Source: an uncultured Spirochaetota bacterium (GTDB lineage: Bacteria; Spirochaetota; Brevinematia; Brevinematales; JAOACQ01). Taken from it: 64,000 bases of DNA. The position numbers were made by a program, and so were the translations under genes. Positions 52,808 to 63,181 of the stretch are shown in pieces (position 1 is the stretch's first letter; the number at the start of each line of letters is the position of its first letter). The stretch spans positions 32,001-96,000 of the forward strand of contig CAWAOD010000006.1 in NCBI GenBank assembly GCA_963783575.1. Direction: 5' to 3'. A model generated the notes under the pieces. It worked only from the letters and a program-made list of their open reading frames with translations. It ran no database searches and had not been told where the DNA came from.

Positions 52808-53551
52808 ATGTCTTCAACCCTCATCATGCCTGATTTTACCGAAATCAGGGCAATTAAAGAAAAAATTGAAATGCTCAAGGAATTAAGTATAATCCCAGCT
52901 GGCGAAAAAATCCAAAAAATCACAAAAAGAATTTACCTCGATATGACATTCGACCTTTTTAATAAGAATATAACGCCCTCTTTTCTCTATCAGTTTTTTT
53001 CGGATATGGAACCCGTGGTCAATTTACTGAATATGGAAAGCACGGCTTTAATATGCATGAAAAACTATCCGTTCCGAACAAACCTGAAGCATCTCCTTCA
53101 AAAACAAAAAATACTGGATTTTTATATAAATATCCTGACTGAATTTTTTAGTGCCAATATTTTGTATATTCCAACAATTATTTCAAGGAATTCTTTTCAA
53201 ATTACAAATAACCCTCCGATAAGGATAATTAATGCTCTACGCCTGGATAATACGGAATATATTCATATAAGAAAGAATTCCAGATTTGTAATTATTTATG
53301 ACAGGGATTTGATCGATATTTTTATGCGCCCGGCGGAAGAAATGAAGAAAAACCTCATCCTGGAAGGTATAGAAATTAGCCTTGAGGACATTTGCAATCA
53401 AACACGTGATTTTACAGGAGATTCTCCCGTTTCATTCGATCAAACCAATTTCATCAACTATGAATACCCGGAAACTACTACAGATTCAATTAATATGATA
53501 AATTATGATTTTAAAAATATGATTATGGATATTACAAGTTTTCTGTTTTAA
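52808..53551 (+). CDS. Hypothetical protein
   Basis: 247-aa ORF with AAGGAG RBS. Confidence 0.65.
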   Translation: MSSTLIMPDFTEIRAIKEKIEMLKELSIIPAGEKIQKITKRIYLDMTFDLFNKNITPSFLYQFFSDMEPVVNLLNMESTALICMKNYPFRTNLKHLLQKQKILDFYINILTEFFSANILYIPTIISRNSFQITNNPPIRIINALRLDNTEYIHIRKNSRFVIIYDRDLIDIFMRPAEEMKKNLILEGIEISLEDICNQTRDFTGDSPVSFDQTNFINYEYPETTTDSINMINYDFKNMIMDITSFLF

Positions 53552-53721
53552 TGGGTTCACCTCGTCAATAAAGACGGATTATTGACGGAAAGTAACATTC
53601 TTCAAAATCGTTGCTTTACGGAAAAGGCTTGGTTGTTGGCTATTAGGCGGATGTAATGGGAATCCTTGTCCTCAACTTATTGCAATATAGTACAAATTTT
53701 TAGTTATTAAGGAGAATTGCC

Positions 53722-54255
53722 ATGAAATATACAGCTATTGTTATATTATTTTTTATTTTATCTTTAACTTTATATTCTTCAACCAATTATTCACCATTAT
53801 GCAAGGATAATGAAAAATTATGCATGGATAATGGTGAATTATGCATGGATAATGAAAATGTTATTTTTAGTTTTATTACAAAAAACAATAAAATTATGTC
53901 AATTTGTATTTCTAAAGATGAGTCATATATTGTTTATAGATATGGGACTAAAGCCAAAATCGAATTAGAATATCCCGAAGATAAAAATAATAGTTGGGCA
54001 AAGTTTAAATATTCATTTTATTTTCGAGGCGGTGGAGCTGCAAATGAAGGAATAGATCTTAATTATTTAAAATTTAATAATAATGGTTATACTTATACAG
54101 TATTTCAAGAATACTCTGCCGTTGATGAAAATACAATATACGGCATACGAATCGAAAATTCAAAAAATAAAATTGAAATAAAGGGTGTTCCTAAAAGTGT
54201 CATTGGAACTCTTATTAATCTTCGTGATAATAAAAAAATAAAAATTGAAGATTAA
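53722..54255 (+). CDS. Secreted hypothetical protein
   Basis: AAGGAG RBS; signal peptide; YRYG..IELEYP, YFRGGG. Confidence 0.75.
   Translation: MKYTAIVILFFILSLTLYSSTNYSPLCKDNEKLCMDNGELCMDNENVIFSFITKNNKIMSICISKDESYIVYRYGTKAKIELEYPEDKNNSWAKFKYSFYFRGGGAANEGIDLNYLKFNNNGYTYTVFQEYSAVDENTIYGIRIENSKNKIEIKGVPKSVIGTLINLRDNKKIKIED
53797..53859 (+). repeat. In-frame 21-bp tandem repeat x3
   Basis: Encodes LCKDNEK LCMDNGE LCMDNEN. Confidence 0.85.
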
Positions 54256-54507
54256 TTTTAATTTTACGAATAAAGTCATTGTACAATATTATAAAAAGTA
54301 AATAATTAAAATCACCCCCTTGGCTTATCCAACAGCAAAATTATTCTACATGATATTTATGTCAAATCAAAATCTATAACGTTTGTTAACTTATCTAGGT
54401 ATATTTAGGGTTGTTCTAAAAACTTTTTATCGGGAACTTAACGTATTTAGTAAATTGTTATCTAGCTGAAACGAAATAATATTTTTAGAACTGCTGAAAG
54501 ATTTGAT

Positions 54508-54527
54508 TATAATGTAATTACATTATA
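54508..54527. promoter_or_regulatory. Perfect 20-bp palindrome, probable autoregulatory operator
   Basis: TATAATGTAATTACATTATA, containing TATAAT, 33 nt before the AbrB-domain gene. Confidence 0.65.
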
Positions 54528-54560
54528 TACTTAATATAATTACAATATTGGAGGAAATTT

Positions 54561-54974
54561 ATGCGTATACCTATTATTGATATAGGAAATTCAAAAGGGA
54601 TCAGAATACCACAGGCAATATTGAAGCAAACTCTTTTTGGTGAAGAAGTTGAATTGGAGGTTACGGAAGGGAAAATTACTTTGCGGCGTTCCGTTGATAC
54701 TACATTAGTTCCTGATTTTGAAGCTATAGCAGCTATGGATGATATTACAATACAAAGAATTCTAAGAAAGATTAATGGCACTGATTTGATAACATCTTTG
54801 GTTGGAGCAGATAAAAAAATAAAAGAAACAATTTACAGGAATTTGTCAGAACGGGTTCGTAACTATGTTATTCCTAAAGTAGCCAGGCTGGAGAAAGGAG
54901 ACGCAAGGGAATTGATTATTGAGAGAAGCCGTAACATGATTAGTGAAGCCTTTATGGAAGTTATAAAGGAATAA
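54561..54974 (+). CDS. AbrB/MazE DNA-binding domain fused to FliG C-terminal-like domain
   Basis: IGNSKGIRIP..EVELEV; FEAIAAMDDITIQRILRKI..LITSLVGA..IYRNLSER. Confidence 0.75.
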   Translation: MRIPIIDIGNSKGIRIPQAILKQTLFGEEVELEVTEGKITLRRSVDTTLVPDFEAIAAMDDITIQRILRKINGTDLITSLVGADKKIKETIYRNLSERVRNYVIPKVARLEKGDARELIIERSRNMISEAFMEVIKE

Positions 54975-55066
54975 TGGAAACTGGCTTAGAAAAGCTGTTA
55001 AAGAAAATGTTGGTTAAGGAGCGATATATTGCTAATCGGATCAAACTCTTAAAAATATTGTTCTAA
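54974..55066 (+). CDS. Possible 30-aa coupled small ORF
   Basis: TAATG overlap; METGLEKLLKKMLVKERYIANRIKLLKILF. Confidence 0.25.
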   Translation: METGLEKLLKKMLVKERYIANRIKLLKILF

Positions 55067-55091
55067 ATCAAATATTTGTAAAAGAGGTATT

Positions 55092-55910
55092 ATGAAAACA
55101 AAGATAAAAATTGATCTGGGTCCAGTCCAAAAAACATTGTTTCTACCTGTATGGGCAAGGGCTATGGAAAGCCAAAAGAGTAAACCGCTCTTAATTGATA
55201 ACACAGCTGTGAAAATTATGGAAATTATTGATTATGATTTCACAAAAATAATGGAAACAATTTCTGAAATTGTCCAAATTTCCTGGATCGCCCGATGCAA
55301 GAGATTTGATGATATTATTAATAATTTTATCAAAAGGCATCCTTATGGAACAATAGTAAATATAGGCTGTGGTATGGATACCACATATGAGCGGTTAAAC
55401 AATGGCTCAATTAGATGGTATGATTTAGACTTACCGGATGTAATTAATTTGCGTCAAATATTCATTGAAGAAAACAGCAAAAGAGAATTTATTTCTTCAT
55501 CGTTTCTTGACCCTTCCTGGTTTGAAAAGATCAAGATAAATGATTCTGCATTATTCATTTCCGCCAATGTTTTCTGGTATATTAAAGAAAACCTGATGGA
55601 AGAGTTTTTCAAAAATATAGCAAATACATTTAATAATCTTGAAATGTTATTTGATGTTGCATCACCTATTGGTGTAAAATTTGGAAATGAATTACTCGAA
55701 AAAACCGGCATGAATTCAAGCCCGCATTGGCAATGGGGGTTAAAAGATAAATCAGTATTAGAGTCCTGGGACAATAAAATAAAAATACTGAATACTTATC
55801 AAACATTCAATATAAAAGGTTTGAATTTAAGTTTTAAAAACAGGATAATAGGATTTTTATCGAATTTATCAAAAAATAATTACATGATACATTTACAGAT
55901 ATCTTCATAA
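55092..55910 (+). CDS. Class I SAM methyltransferase (LCM-like)
   Basis: TLFLPVWARA, VNIGCGMDT, WYDLDLPDVI. Confidence 0.88.
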   Translation: MKTKIKIDLGPVQKTLFLPVWARAMESQKSKPLLIDNTAVKIMEIIDYDFTKIMETISEIVQISWIARCKRFDDIINNFIKRHPYGTIVNIGCGMDTTYERLNNGSIRWYDLDLPDVINLRQIFIEENSKREFISSSFLDPSWFEKIKINDSALFISANVFWYIKENLMEEFFKNIANTFNNLEMLFDVASPIGVKFGNELLEKTGMNSSPHWQWGLKDKSVLESWDNKIKILNTYQTFNIKGLNLSFKNRIIGFLSNLSKNNYMIHLQISS

Positions 55911-55938
55911 TTTTTATAAATAAAAAAGGAGTTTTGAA

Positions 55939-56337
55939 ATGGATATTTTTAAAGCAGTAAAAGCTGGTGACATAGCTTCAGTAACAGCATATATAAAAAG
56001 CGGCGGAAATCTTAATGCTAGAGATTTTTACAATATGACACCGATTATCGTAGCGGCAGATGAAGGTAAAGCAGATATTATTAAACTTCTTATTAAAGCA
56101 AAGGCTGATATTAATGCAAAGGATAAAATGGGGCAGACTGCTCTCCATCTGGCGGCCGGGAGGAATTATGCGGATTGCGCCAAATACCTGATTGAAGCTA
56201 AAGCTGATCTCACAATAAAAGCAATAAGCGGTTTGACAGCATATCAATTTGCTGCTGAAAATGGAAAGGATGTAGTCGCAAATATGCTGAAAAAGGCTGG
56301 GGCAGGTGTAAATCTTTCCAGTTTATCAAGGAGATAA
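55939..56337 (+). CDS. Ankyrin repeat protein
   Basis: TPIIVAA, GQTALHLAA, ADINAKD. Confidence 0.92.
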   Translation: MDIFKAVKAGDIASVTAYIKSGGNLNARDFYNMTPIIVAADEGKADIIKLLIKAKADINAKDKMGQTALHLAAGRNYADCAKYLIEAKADLTIKAISGLTAYQFAAENGKDVVANMLKKAGAGVNLSSLSRR

Positions 56338-56447
56338 TATTTCCATAAACAGATTTTAATTTCTGATATCCCTTCCGCTATAAGACCAAAACGGAATTTT
56401 TTATTCGAAATTAGCTATTTTTACAAAGTTTGAAAATATTTAAAATA

Positions 56448-56506
56448 TTGACAACAATTTTCGGGTTAGATACACTAATAGTATACTATATTATAATAAT
56501 AGTATA
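56448..56506 (+). promoter_or_regulatory. Sigma70 promoter with adjacent palindromes (candidate TetR operator)
   Basis: TTGACA-N17-TACACT; ATAGTATACTAT (56478-56489); TATACTAT..ATAGTATA. Confidence 0.6.
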
Positions 56507-56518
56507 AAGGAATATAAC

Positions 56519-57202
56519 ATGGGTTCAATTGAAAGAAAAGAACAGGAAAAAGTAATTCGCCGGAATGATATACTTAAGGCTGCAGAAAAAATTTTCATTA
56601 AAAAGGGGTATGAAGGTTCTACCATAGATGAGATCGCTGCATCTTCGGAATATACCAAGCGGACAATATACCAGTATTTCCAGTCTAAAGAGGAAATTTT
56701 ATCGGCTCTAGCCTTATGTATTTATGAGCATCTTATTTCAGATTTCGAAAGAATATTTCAGGAAAATATAAAAGGGTTTTATAAAATAAAAAGGTATGGA
56801 GACACATATCTCAAAATATTTCTCGAATATCCGGACCAATTCCTCATTTCAAGCATGTCCAAGAAGATCCATACCAGTAAGGTGATCAAAGCCCCTAAGA
56901 AGTTAAGTGTTTATTACCGGAGGACTGCTGAACTAAATATTAGAATGCTTGAGTTGTACGGCAATACTATTGCTCAGGGAAAGGCCGACAATTCTATCAG
57001 TAATAAAATTGACAAATTAATGGGCTCAATCTACCTGGTTTCTTCTTTATTTAACCTTTTTTCTGAGATGGCTGAAAACAGGGATGTTTTTGCACAAGGC
57101 TTCAAATTTGATATGAATGAATACTTAAGGTTTGCTCTTGATTCTATTTATGCCAATTTTTTATCAAAAACAATAGAAAATGAAGAGAATTCTAAACAAT
57201 AA
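56519..57202 (+). CDS. TetR/AcrR regulator
   Basis: ILKAAEKIF..GYEGSTIDEIA..TIYQYFQSKEEI. Confidence 0.92.
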   Translation: MGSIERKEQEKVIRRNDILKAAEKIFIKKGYEGSTIDEIAASSEYTKRTIYQYFQSKEEILSALALCIYEHLISDFERIFQENIKGFYKIKRYGDTYLKIFLEYPDQFLISSMSKKIHTSKVIKAPKKLSVYYRRTAELNIRMLELYGNTIAQGKADNSISNKIDKLMGSIYLVSSLFNLFSEMAENRDVFAQGFKFDMNEYLRFALDSIYANFLSKTIENEENSKQ

Positions 57203-57334
57203 TTTTAGACTGGAAACTTCGTGAGGGTACTTTGGCAGAAAAGTCGATGCCTCTATTTATTTAATTCATGTATCAGTATTGTGATATTAAACTTAGCCGT
57301 CAATATAAAATCTATATATTAATTGAGGTAATTA

Positions 57335-57922
57335 ATGAGTGAAATCAATTGGGAGCATTGGAAAAACTATCTTTTCCAAGAATATAACCAGCGTATGAAT
57401 ATGATTGAAAATGCTTCAATGGGATTTATAAAAAGTCAAAAAGGTTTTTCCGTCATATTCTTATTGACTAAAAAATTAGATATGTCTTTAGATGGTGTTT
57501 TTTCTGAGATAATTAAAAGCGTTAGTAGTGTTTCAATTGCTAAAAATGATGATATATTACTATTTGACAAAAATCAAAACGGCGATATATCAATGATGGG
57601 ACACAAATTTGGCATGTTTGGTATGATTGAAAGTATTGATAATCTCTACAAATATTTTATAGAAGTTTATCAATTGTTAAAGCCGGAAGGACAAATATTA
57701 TTAACTTCTATTAATACTAAGAATATTAGTTCATCACCTAATAATTATTCGGAAAATAACAAAATGAAATTCCAGTCAAATAATTTGTTCGGCCCTTATT
57801 TTGGAATATTTCTTATTGATTTTGTTTTTCTTCAAAATCAGGCTGAAAAAACAGACTGGTATGTTAAATTAATTAATAAACAAGAAGAAGGTTATTCAGT
57901 ATTATTTTCTTACAAATTTTAA
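57335..57922 (+). CDS. Hypothetical protein; C-terminal half resembles a partial SAM methyltransferase
   Basis: MMGH..GMIESIDNL..LLKPEGQILLTS; no glycine-rich motif I seen. Confidence 0.45.
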   Translation: MSEINWEHWKNYLFQEYNQRMNMIENASMGFIKSQKGFSVIFLLTKKLDMSLDGVFSEIIKSVSSVSIAKNDDILLFDKNQNGDISMMGHKFGMFGMIESIDNLYKYFIEVYQLLKPEGQILLTSINTKNISSSPNNYSENNKMKFQSNNLFGPYFGIFLIDFVFLQNQAEKTDWYVKLINKQEEGYSVLFSYKF

Positions 57923-58113
57923 TGTTTAATGAAAAAGTATAAAATGAATTACTTTTATATAAAAAGACTGATTCTGATATCAAATCTCACCAATTGCTGA
58001 TATAATTGATAATATTAAGTTATACCTGCCATTGTATGCTGGCCTGGATAATATTACTATTGTTTTTCATTATTTATAATGATATATTAAATCTAAATAT
58101 AAATGGGCTTATT

Positions 58114-59960
58114 ATGTTAATTGAAGAATTTGGATTTTCAGGATCATTTATTGCTTTGTTTTTTGCATTATTCATTTCAGGCTGTTCTCAGATAGAAGCT
58201 TCAAAACCGACCGCATCCGATATTAAAGGTAACCCCGATAAGTTTTGTAATTATATCAGCAATGTCATTACTTTTGAAATGGCGAAAGAAGGTATTACAG
58301 GCCTTGCCATCGCGGTTTTAGATGACCACAGAACATTATATCAGGCTGGATTCGGATATGCCGACTCCTCTTTAAAAACGCCTGTTACTCACAAATGCAT
58401 TTTTGAACAGTGTTCTATATCAAAGCTTTTTACTGCTATAGCCATAATGCAGCTTTATGAAAAAGGGCTCATTGATCTCGATAAACCTATTACCGCATAT
58501 CTTCCTGAATTTTCCATACGCATGCGTGGAACAAATGAATCTGTCCCCACAGTTAGAACGCTTCTTTTCCATCATTCCGGTTTACCTTCGGATTGGTTTG
58601 AGGGGGTTTATATCGGAACCGGAACAAATTATAATATTGACTATACTGACAAATTCACAAAACTCCCGGGTATGTTTAGTAATGAAACTATGGCTTTTCC
58701 GCCAAATAAAGTTTTTTCATACAGCAATCTGGGCTACAGTTTTTTAGGTGATATCGTGATAAGGGTGAGCGGGATGGGTTTTGAACAGTATATGCAGAAA
58801 AACATTCTGGCTCCGCTTGAAATGAAGGATTCATCATTTATCTTCAGGGACGAATTCAAAACCCGTTATGTAAAAGGATACCTGGAAGGAAAAGAGACTA
58901 TCATTCCAGTAATTCGGGACATCCCTGCGGGGGGATTGAAAGCTTCCGTCGCCGATATGGCGAGGTTTCTGCAAATGGTTATTACAGGGGGAAGTCTGAA
59001 TGGAAAAATGCTTTTAAAAACCGAAACTATGTATGAAATGCTGAAGATCCAAAATCAAAACGTTCCTTTAGACAGGGACTTTAAAATAGGACTGGGGTAC
59101 TGGAATTACAGCTTCCCACAGATGCATAACGAAATTATTTTCGGGCATGACGGCGACTTGCCACCTTTCCATTCATTGCTCCTTTTCATGCCGGAAAGAA
59201 AGATAGGTCTGGTCATAATGGTCAACTCAATTCACGGTTTAACAGATTCTTCTTTAGATCTCTATCAGATAGCGATCAAAACCCTCTCTGCACTGATAGA
59301 GATGAAAACTGGAATACCTTATGAAACGCTTCCTGCTGAATCTCCGAAGCGGGATTTTACAGCAGGCGAAATCTCAAACTTGCCTGGATATTACGCGGGC
59401 TGGTTAGGATTTTCCAGAATTAAAATAAAAGGTTCCAGGCTTCTGGCTGAAATCTTTTATCCAGCATTCTGGAACCGGTACAGGTTTAATTTTATTGTAA
59501 GTTGCCATGGGAATTCCGAATAATTTTACGGTAAAACATGGATTTCCTTCGAATTCAAAAGGCTCAATACTTATTTGATCAAGTTTTTCAACTTTTAAAG
59601 GAATCAGCCCGAATAATTTATACTGTTCACTGAATGTTCCATCCTGGAGGGCCAATAAATCAAGGTCGGTTCCGGACATCAGCCGGAACATACATCCCCT
59701 CTTTTCCGATCCCGTTATCGAAAAACATAGCATATCTTATTTATGATAAAAAAACAGGCTTTTACTTTTTTAGAGTAAGAATGTTTGATGCTGGGATTAG
59801 CACAATTGATTATCCGCTTGAAATATTAAATGACCATGAAGCTGTCTTAATGGGTTACGGGCGACATCTGGGTGAAACCATCCGGCTTGAAAATAGCGTT
59901 TCAAATGATATTCTGTACTACAGCGGGATTATTATGAAAAAGCTGAATAATAGTCACTGA
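58114..59960 (+). pseudogene. Beta-lactamase-family serine hydrolase lipoprotein interrupted by an internal inversion
   Basis: Lipobox ISGC; SISK, YSN, HDG motifs; middle of C-terminal domain is on the minus strand (59455-59676); plus-strand reading resumes at 59679. Confidence 0.8.
59441..59688. other. Inverted segment flanked by imperfect 14-bp inverted repeats
   Basis: Left TTCTGGCTGAAATC versus reverse complement of right TTCCGGCTGATGTC (11/14, core GGCTGA). Confidence 0.75.
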
Positions 59961-60225
59961 GTCTGATAGTCCGAATAAAGTGGCGTAAAAAATAACATAG
60001 CACACAAATGTATGAATATATAAACCGTTATTCGCAATACTTTAAAAAATATGAAAAATAATTTTGTAAATATATAAACCTGACATAATGCTGTCAGAAT
60101 TAAAATGATATAATAAATTGTTGAAATTCGGAGGATTATTTTTTGAAGTTTACAATACATCATCGATGATAACGGATAATCCGGATATAAATATCTATAT
60201 TGGAATAAAATAAATGAGGTAAAAA

Positions 60226-61212
60226 ATGGCAAAGATAATCAAGGATTTCAAATCATTTATCGGTCAGCATTGTGAAACTACCTCAACCGGTTCGCTTCTT
60301 AGTCAAATCGGAATCGAACTTTCCGAACCTATGCTTTTTGGTTTAGGAGAGGGATTAGGATTTATATTCTGGAATATGAAAATAATGGATTTCCCTTTTA
60401 TCGGCGGGAGAGTTAAACCGGATGTTTTAACTCAGAACATTACCAAAAATTTGAATTTAAAACTGGAAGTTGAGGAAACTTCATCATCAAAAAAAGCCTG
60501 GGAAAATATCAAAAATAATATTGATGGAAATATTGCAGTCGGTCTTAAACTTGATTGTTATCACCTGGATTATTTCACAAATAAAATACACTTTGCGGGG
60601 CACTATGTTGCGATGTACGGATATGATGAGAACTTCGCTTATCTTGTAGATACCAAGCAACAAGGCGGTAAAGTAAAAACATTATTAAATAACCTTGAAA
60701 TGTCGAGAAAAGAAAAAGGGCCGATGTCTTCAAGGAATTTAAGTTACACGATTCATAACTTAAAAAAAGGTTATAACCTTAAGGAAGCCGTTAAAATGGC
60801 AATAACAAATAATGCGGCTGATTATTTGAATCCTCCGATAAATAATATCGGATATAAAGGAGTATTAAAAGCAGCAGAAGAAATCAAAAAATGGTTCAAA
60901 ATCAGCAAAAATATTGAAAGAGATTTTAAAACAACCGCAATGCTCATGGAAAAAGGAGGAACGGGCGGAGCTTTGTTTAGAAATTTATACAGAGACTTTT
61001 TAAAGGAAAGCTATGAATTGTTAAATATAAAGAAAATAGATGAGGCACATAAAATATTCTCTGAAACGGCGGATTTGTGGACAAAAGTTTCAAATTTGTT
61101 TAGCAAAACAAGTGAAACACAAAATGTTGAATATATAAACCAGGCATCCGGAATTTTTGTTGAGTTATCAAAAAAAGAAAAAGAGGCAATGGAATTACTA
61201 TCGGAAATATAA
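60226..61212 (+). CDS. BtrH-N/DUF4872 papain-fold-like protein
   Basis: GQHCET, SEPMLFGLGEGL, HFAGHYV, GTGGALFR. Confidence 0.85.
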   Translation: MAKIIKDFKSFIGQHCETTSTGSLLSQIGIELSEPMLFGLGEGLGFIFWNMKIMDFPFIGGRVKPDVLTQNITKNLNLKLEVEETSSSKKAWENIKNNIDGNIAVGLKLDCYHLDYFTNKIHFAGHYVAMYGYDENFAYLVDTKQQGGKVKTLLNNLEMSRKEKGPMSSRNLSYTIHNLKKGYNLKEAVKMAITNNAADYLNPPINNIGYKGVLKAAEEIKKWFKISKNIERDFKTTAMLMEKGGTGGALFRNLYRDFLKESYELLNIKKIDEAHKIFSETADLWTKVSNLFSKTSETQNVEYINQASGIFVELSKKEKEAMELLSEI

Positions 61213-61268
61213 GTAATTTTATTATGGGTGTTCTAAAATAACATACACATTTTAATAGGAGAATAATT

Positions 61269-61658
61269 ATGAAGAAAATGAAAAGGTATCTCAAAAATAT
61301 CCTGTTCGGTTTTATATCCTGGCTTATCCCTTTTGTTGCTTCAATCTTTTTTTACACAAAAGAAGGAAAATTGACTATCGATGTATTTTTATTCAAATCC
61401 ATAATGATTGTTGTCGGCTCAATTTCAGCCTCGTTTCTTCTGATTTTTTATTTCAAAAAAATCAATGAAAATTACTTTAAAGAAGGTATCATTGTCGGAT
61501 TAACATGGTTTGGAATAAATATTTTGTTAGATTTGCTGGTTTTGATTCCGATGTCGAAAATGCAGATACCCGACTATTTTGCACAAATAGGATTAAGGTA
61601 TCTAGTAATCCCGGCGATGAGTATTACAGTCGGGACCGCTCTGGCAAATAAAAAATAG
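61269..61658 (+). CDS. Small 4-TM membrane protein
   Basis: Four hydrophobic segments; AGGAG RBS. Confidence 0.75.
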   Translation: MKKMKRYLKNILFGFISWLIPFVASIFFYTKEGKLTIDVFLFKSIMIVVGSISASFLLIFYFKKINENYFKEGIIVGLTWFGINILLDLLVLIPMSKMQIPDYFAQIGLRYLVIPAMSITVGTALANKK

Positions 61659-61666
61659 GATAGATT

Positions 61667-62068
61667 ATGTCGTCAATAAATAAAACTTCACTTATAGCGC
61701 CCTGCGGAATAAATTGCGGAATTTGCATGGCTTATTTGAGATCAAAAAATAAATGTCCTGGCTGTAGAGTTGATGATATTAATAAACCTGTTACCCGAAG
61801 GAGATGCAAAATTAAAAACTGTGAAATTTTTAAAAACGTAAAAGTAAAATATTGTTTTGAATGTAAAGAATTCCCTTGCAACAATCTTGAACATTTGGAT
61901 AAAAGATACAGAACCAAGTATAATATGAGTATGATTGATAATCTTGAAAATATTAGGAATTCCGGTATCAGAAAATTTTTAATAAACGAAAAGGATAAAT
62001 GGACATGTTCCCGATGCGGCGGTACAATTTGTGTTCATAAGGGATATTGTTCAAGTTGTGGAATGTAG
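61667..62068 (+). CDS. DUF3795 Cys-rich protein
   Basis: APCGINCGIC, CPGC, CFECKEFPC. Confidence 0.85.
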   Translation: MSSINKTSLIAPCGINCGICMAYLRSKNKCPGCRVDDINKPVTRRRCKIKNCEIFKNVKVKYCFECKEFPCNNLEHLDKRYRTKYNMSMIDNLENIRNSGIRKFLINEKDKWTCSRCGGTICVHKGYCSSCGM

Positions 62069-62252
62069 AAATAATAATGTGTTTTTAGTAAAATAAATAT
62101 TTTCTCAATTGTGAGCGATGTCCTGTATGTAGCCAAAAAACTCCAGCAATGCAGAGGCTAAACCGATTACAAAAGCCGATGCCACAAGGCTCTGCTTCGT
62201 GGATCTTTATAAAAAAAACTGTAATGAATCAAAAAAGCCATATTTTAGTTTT

Positions 62253-63170
62253 TTAAGGCGGGCATAGAGCACAGACCGACCGGAAAACCTCTGTTGAAAG
62301 GTAGCGGTCGCCCCTGTCCGGCAGAATGACTACAACTGTAGAGCCTCTCTGCAAATCTTTAGCCGCTTCCATTGCTCCCCAGAGCGCTGCGCCGCTGCTG
62401 ATTCCACAGAACAATCCTTCCATAAGAGCAAGGTTCCTTACTGTATCAAAAGCGTTTTCATCAGAGCAGACTAATTTCAAATCGAGAAGCTTCGGTTCAA
62501 AAATCTCCGGTACAATCGATTCCGACATATTCTTTAGGCCCTGTATCCTGTGGTTTAAATCGGGTTCAATACCAAGCACTTTTGTACTGCGGTTCTTCTC
62601 CCTGAAATACCTTGAACAGCCCATCAGGGTCCCTGTTGTTCCCATACCAGCGGCGATAAGGCTGACTTCGCCTTTAGTATCCCTGTCGATTTCGGGAGCT
62701 GTAGTTTCATAATGTGCTTTCCAGTTTGCGGGATTTGCGAACTGGTTGGGCATATAGTATCGATCGCTGAATTTTTCCATAATATGATGTGCGCGCCTGA
62801 TTGCCCCATCTGTTTTTTCCAGGCCGGGTGTAAGCTCCAGCTCCGCTCCGAGAGCGATAAGAATTGCTTTCCGTTCTTCGCTGACGCATGCCGGCATTGT
62901 CAGTTTGATTTTGTAGCCAAGAGCCGACGCAATCATGGCAAGGCCTATCCCGGTATTGCCGGATGTTGGCTCGAGGATGGTTTTGTTATGCGTCAATCCT
63001 CCTGTTTCTATTGCAGACTTTATCATATAATAAGCCGGGCGGTCTTTTATTGAACCTCCGGGGTTGGCGCCTTCAAGTTTTGCAAGGATCCTTACTCCGG
63101 TTTTATCGGCATCCCACATTCTTCGGATTTCGGCCAAAGGCGTATTACCGATTGTTTCAAGCAGGGTCAT
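62253..63170 (-). CDS. cysM: Cysteine synthase (PLP-dependent, CysM-like)
   Basis: KLEGANPGGSIKDR, PTSGNTG, GMGTTGT, PDRGDRYLS. Confidence 0.85.
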   Translation of the reverse strand: MTLLETIGNTPLAEIRRMWDADKTGVRILAKLEGANPGGSIKDRPAYYMIKSAIETGGLTHNKTILEPTSGNTGIGLAMIASALGYKIKLTMPACVSEERKAILIALGAELELTPGLEKTDGAIRRAHHIMEKFSDRYYMPNQFANPANWKAHYETTAPEIDRDTKGEVSLIAAGMGTTGTLMGCSRYFREKNRSTKVLGIEPDLNHRIQGLKNMSESIVPEIFEPKLLDLKLVCSDENAFDTVRNLALMEGLFCGISSGAALWGAMEAAKDLQRGSTVVVILPDRGDRYLSTEVFRSVCALCPP

Positions 63171-63181
63171 AAATGCTCCTT

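Noticed and set aside
54413..54491. MITE or attC bounded by GTTCTAAAAA/TTTTTAGAAC
   Set aside because: Only 10 bp and AT-rich; no target duplication, second full copy or attC structure
54561..55066. Canonical MazEF or VapBC toxin-antitoxin pair
   Set aside because: No PemK or PIN toxin ORF adjacent
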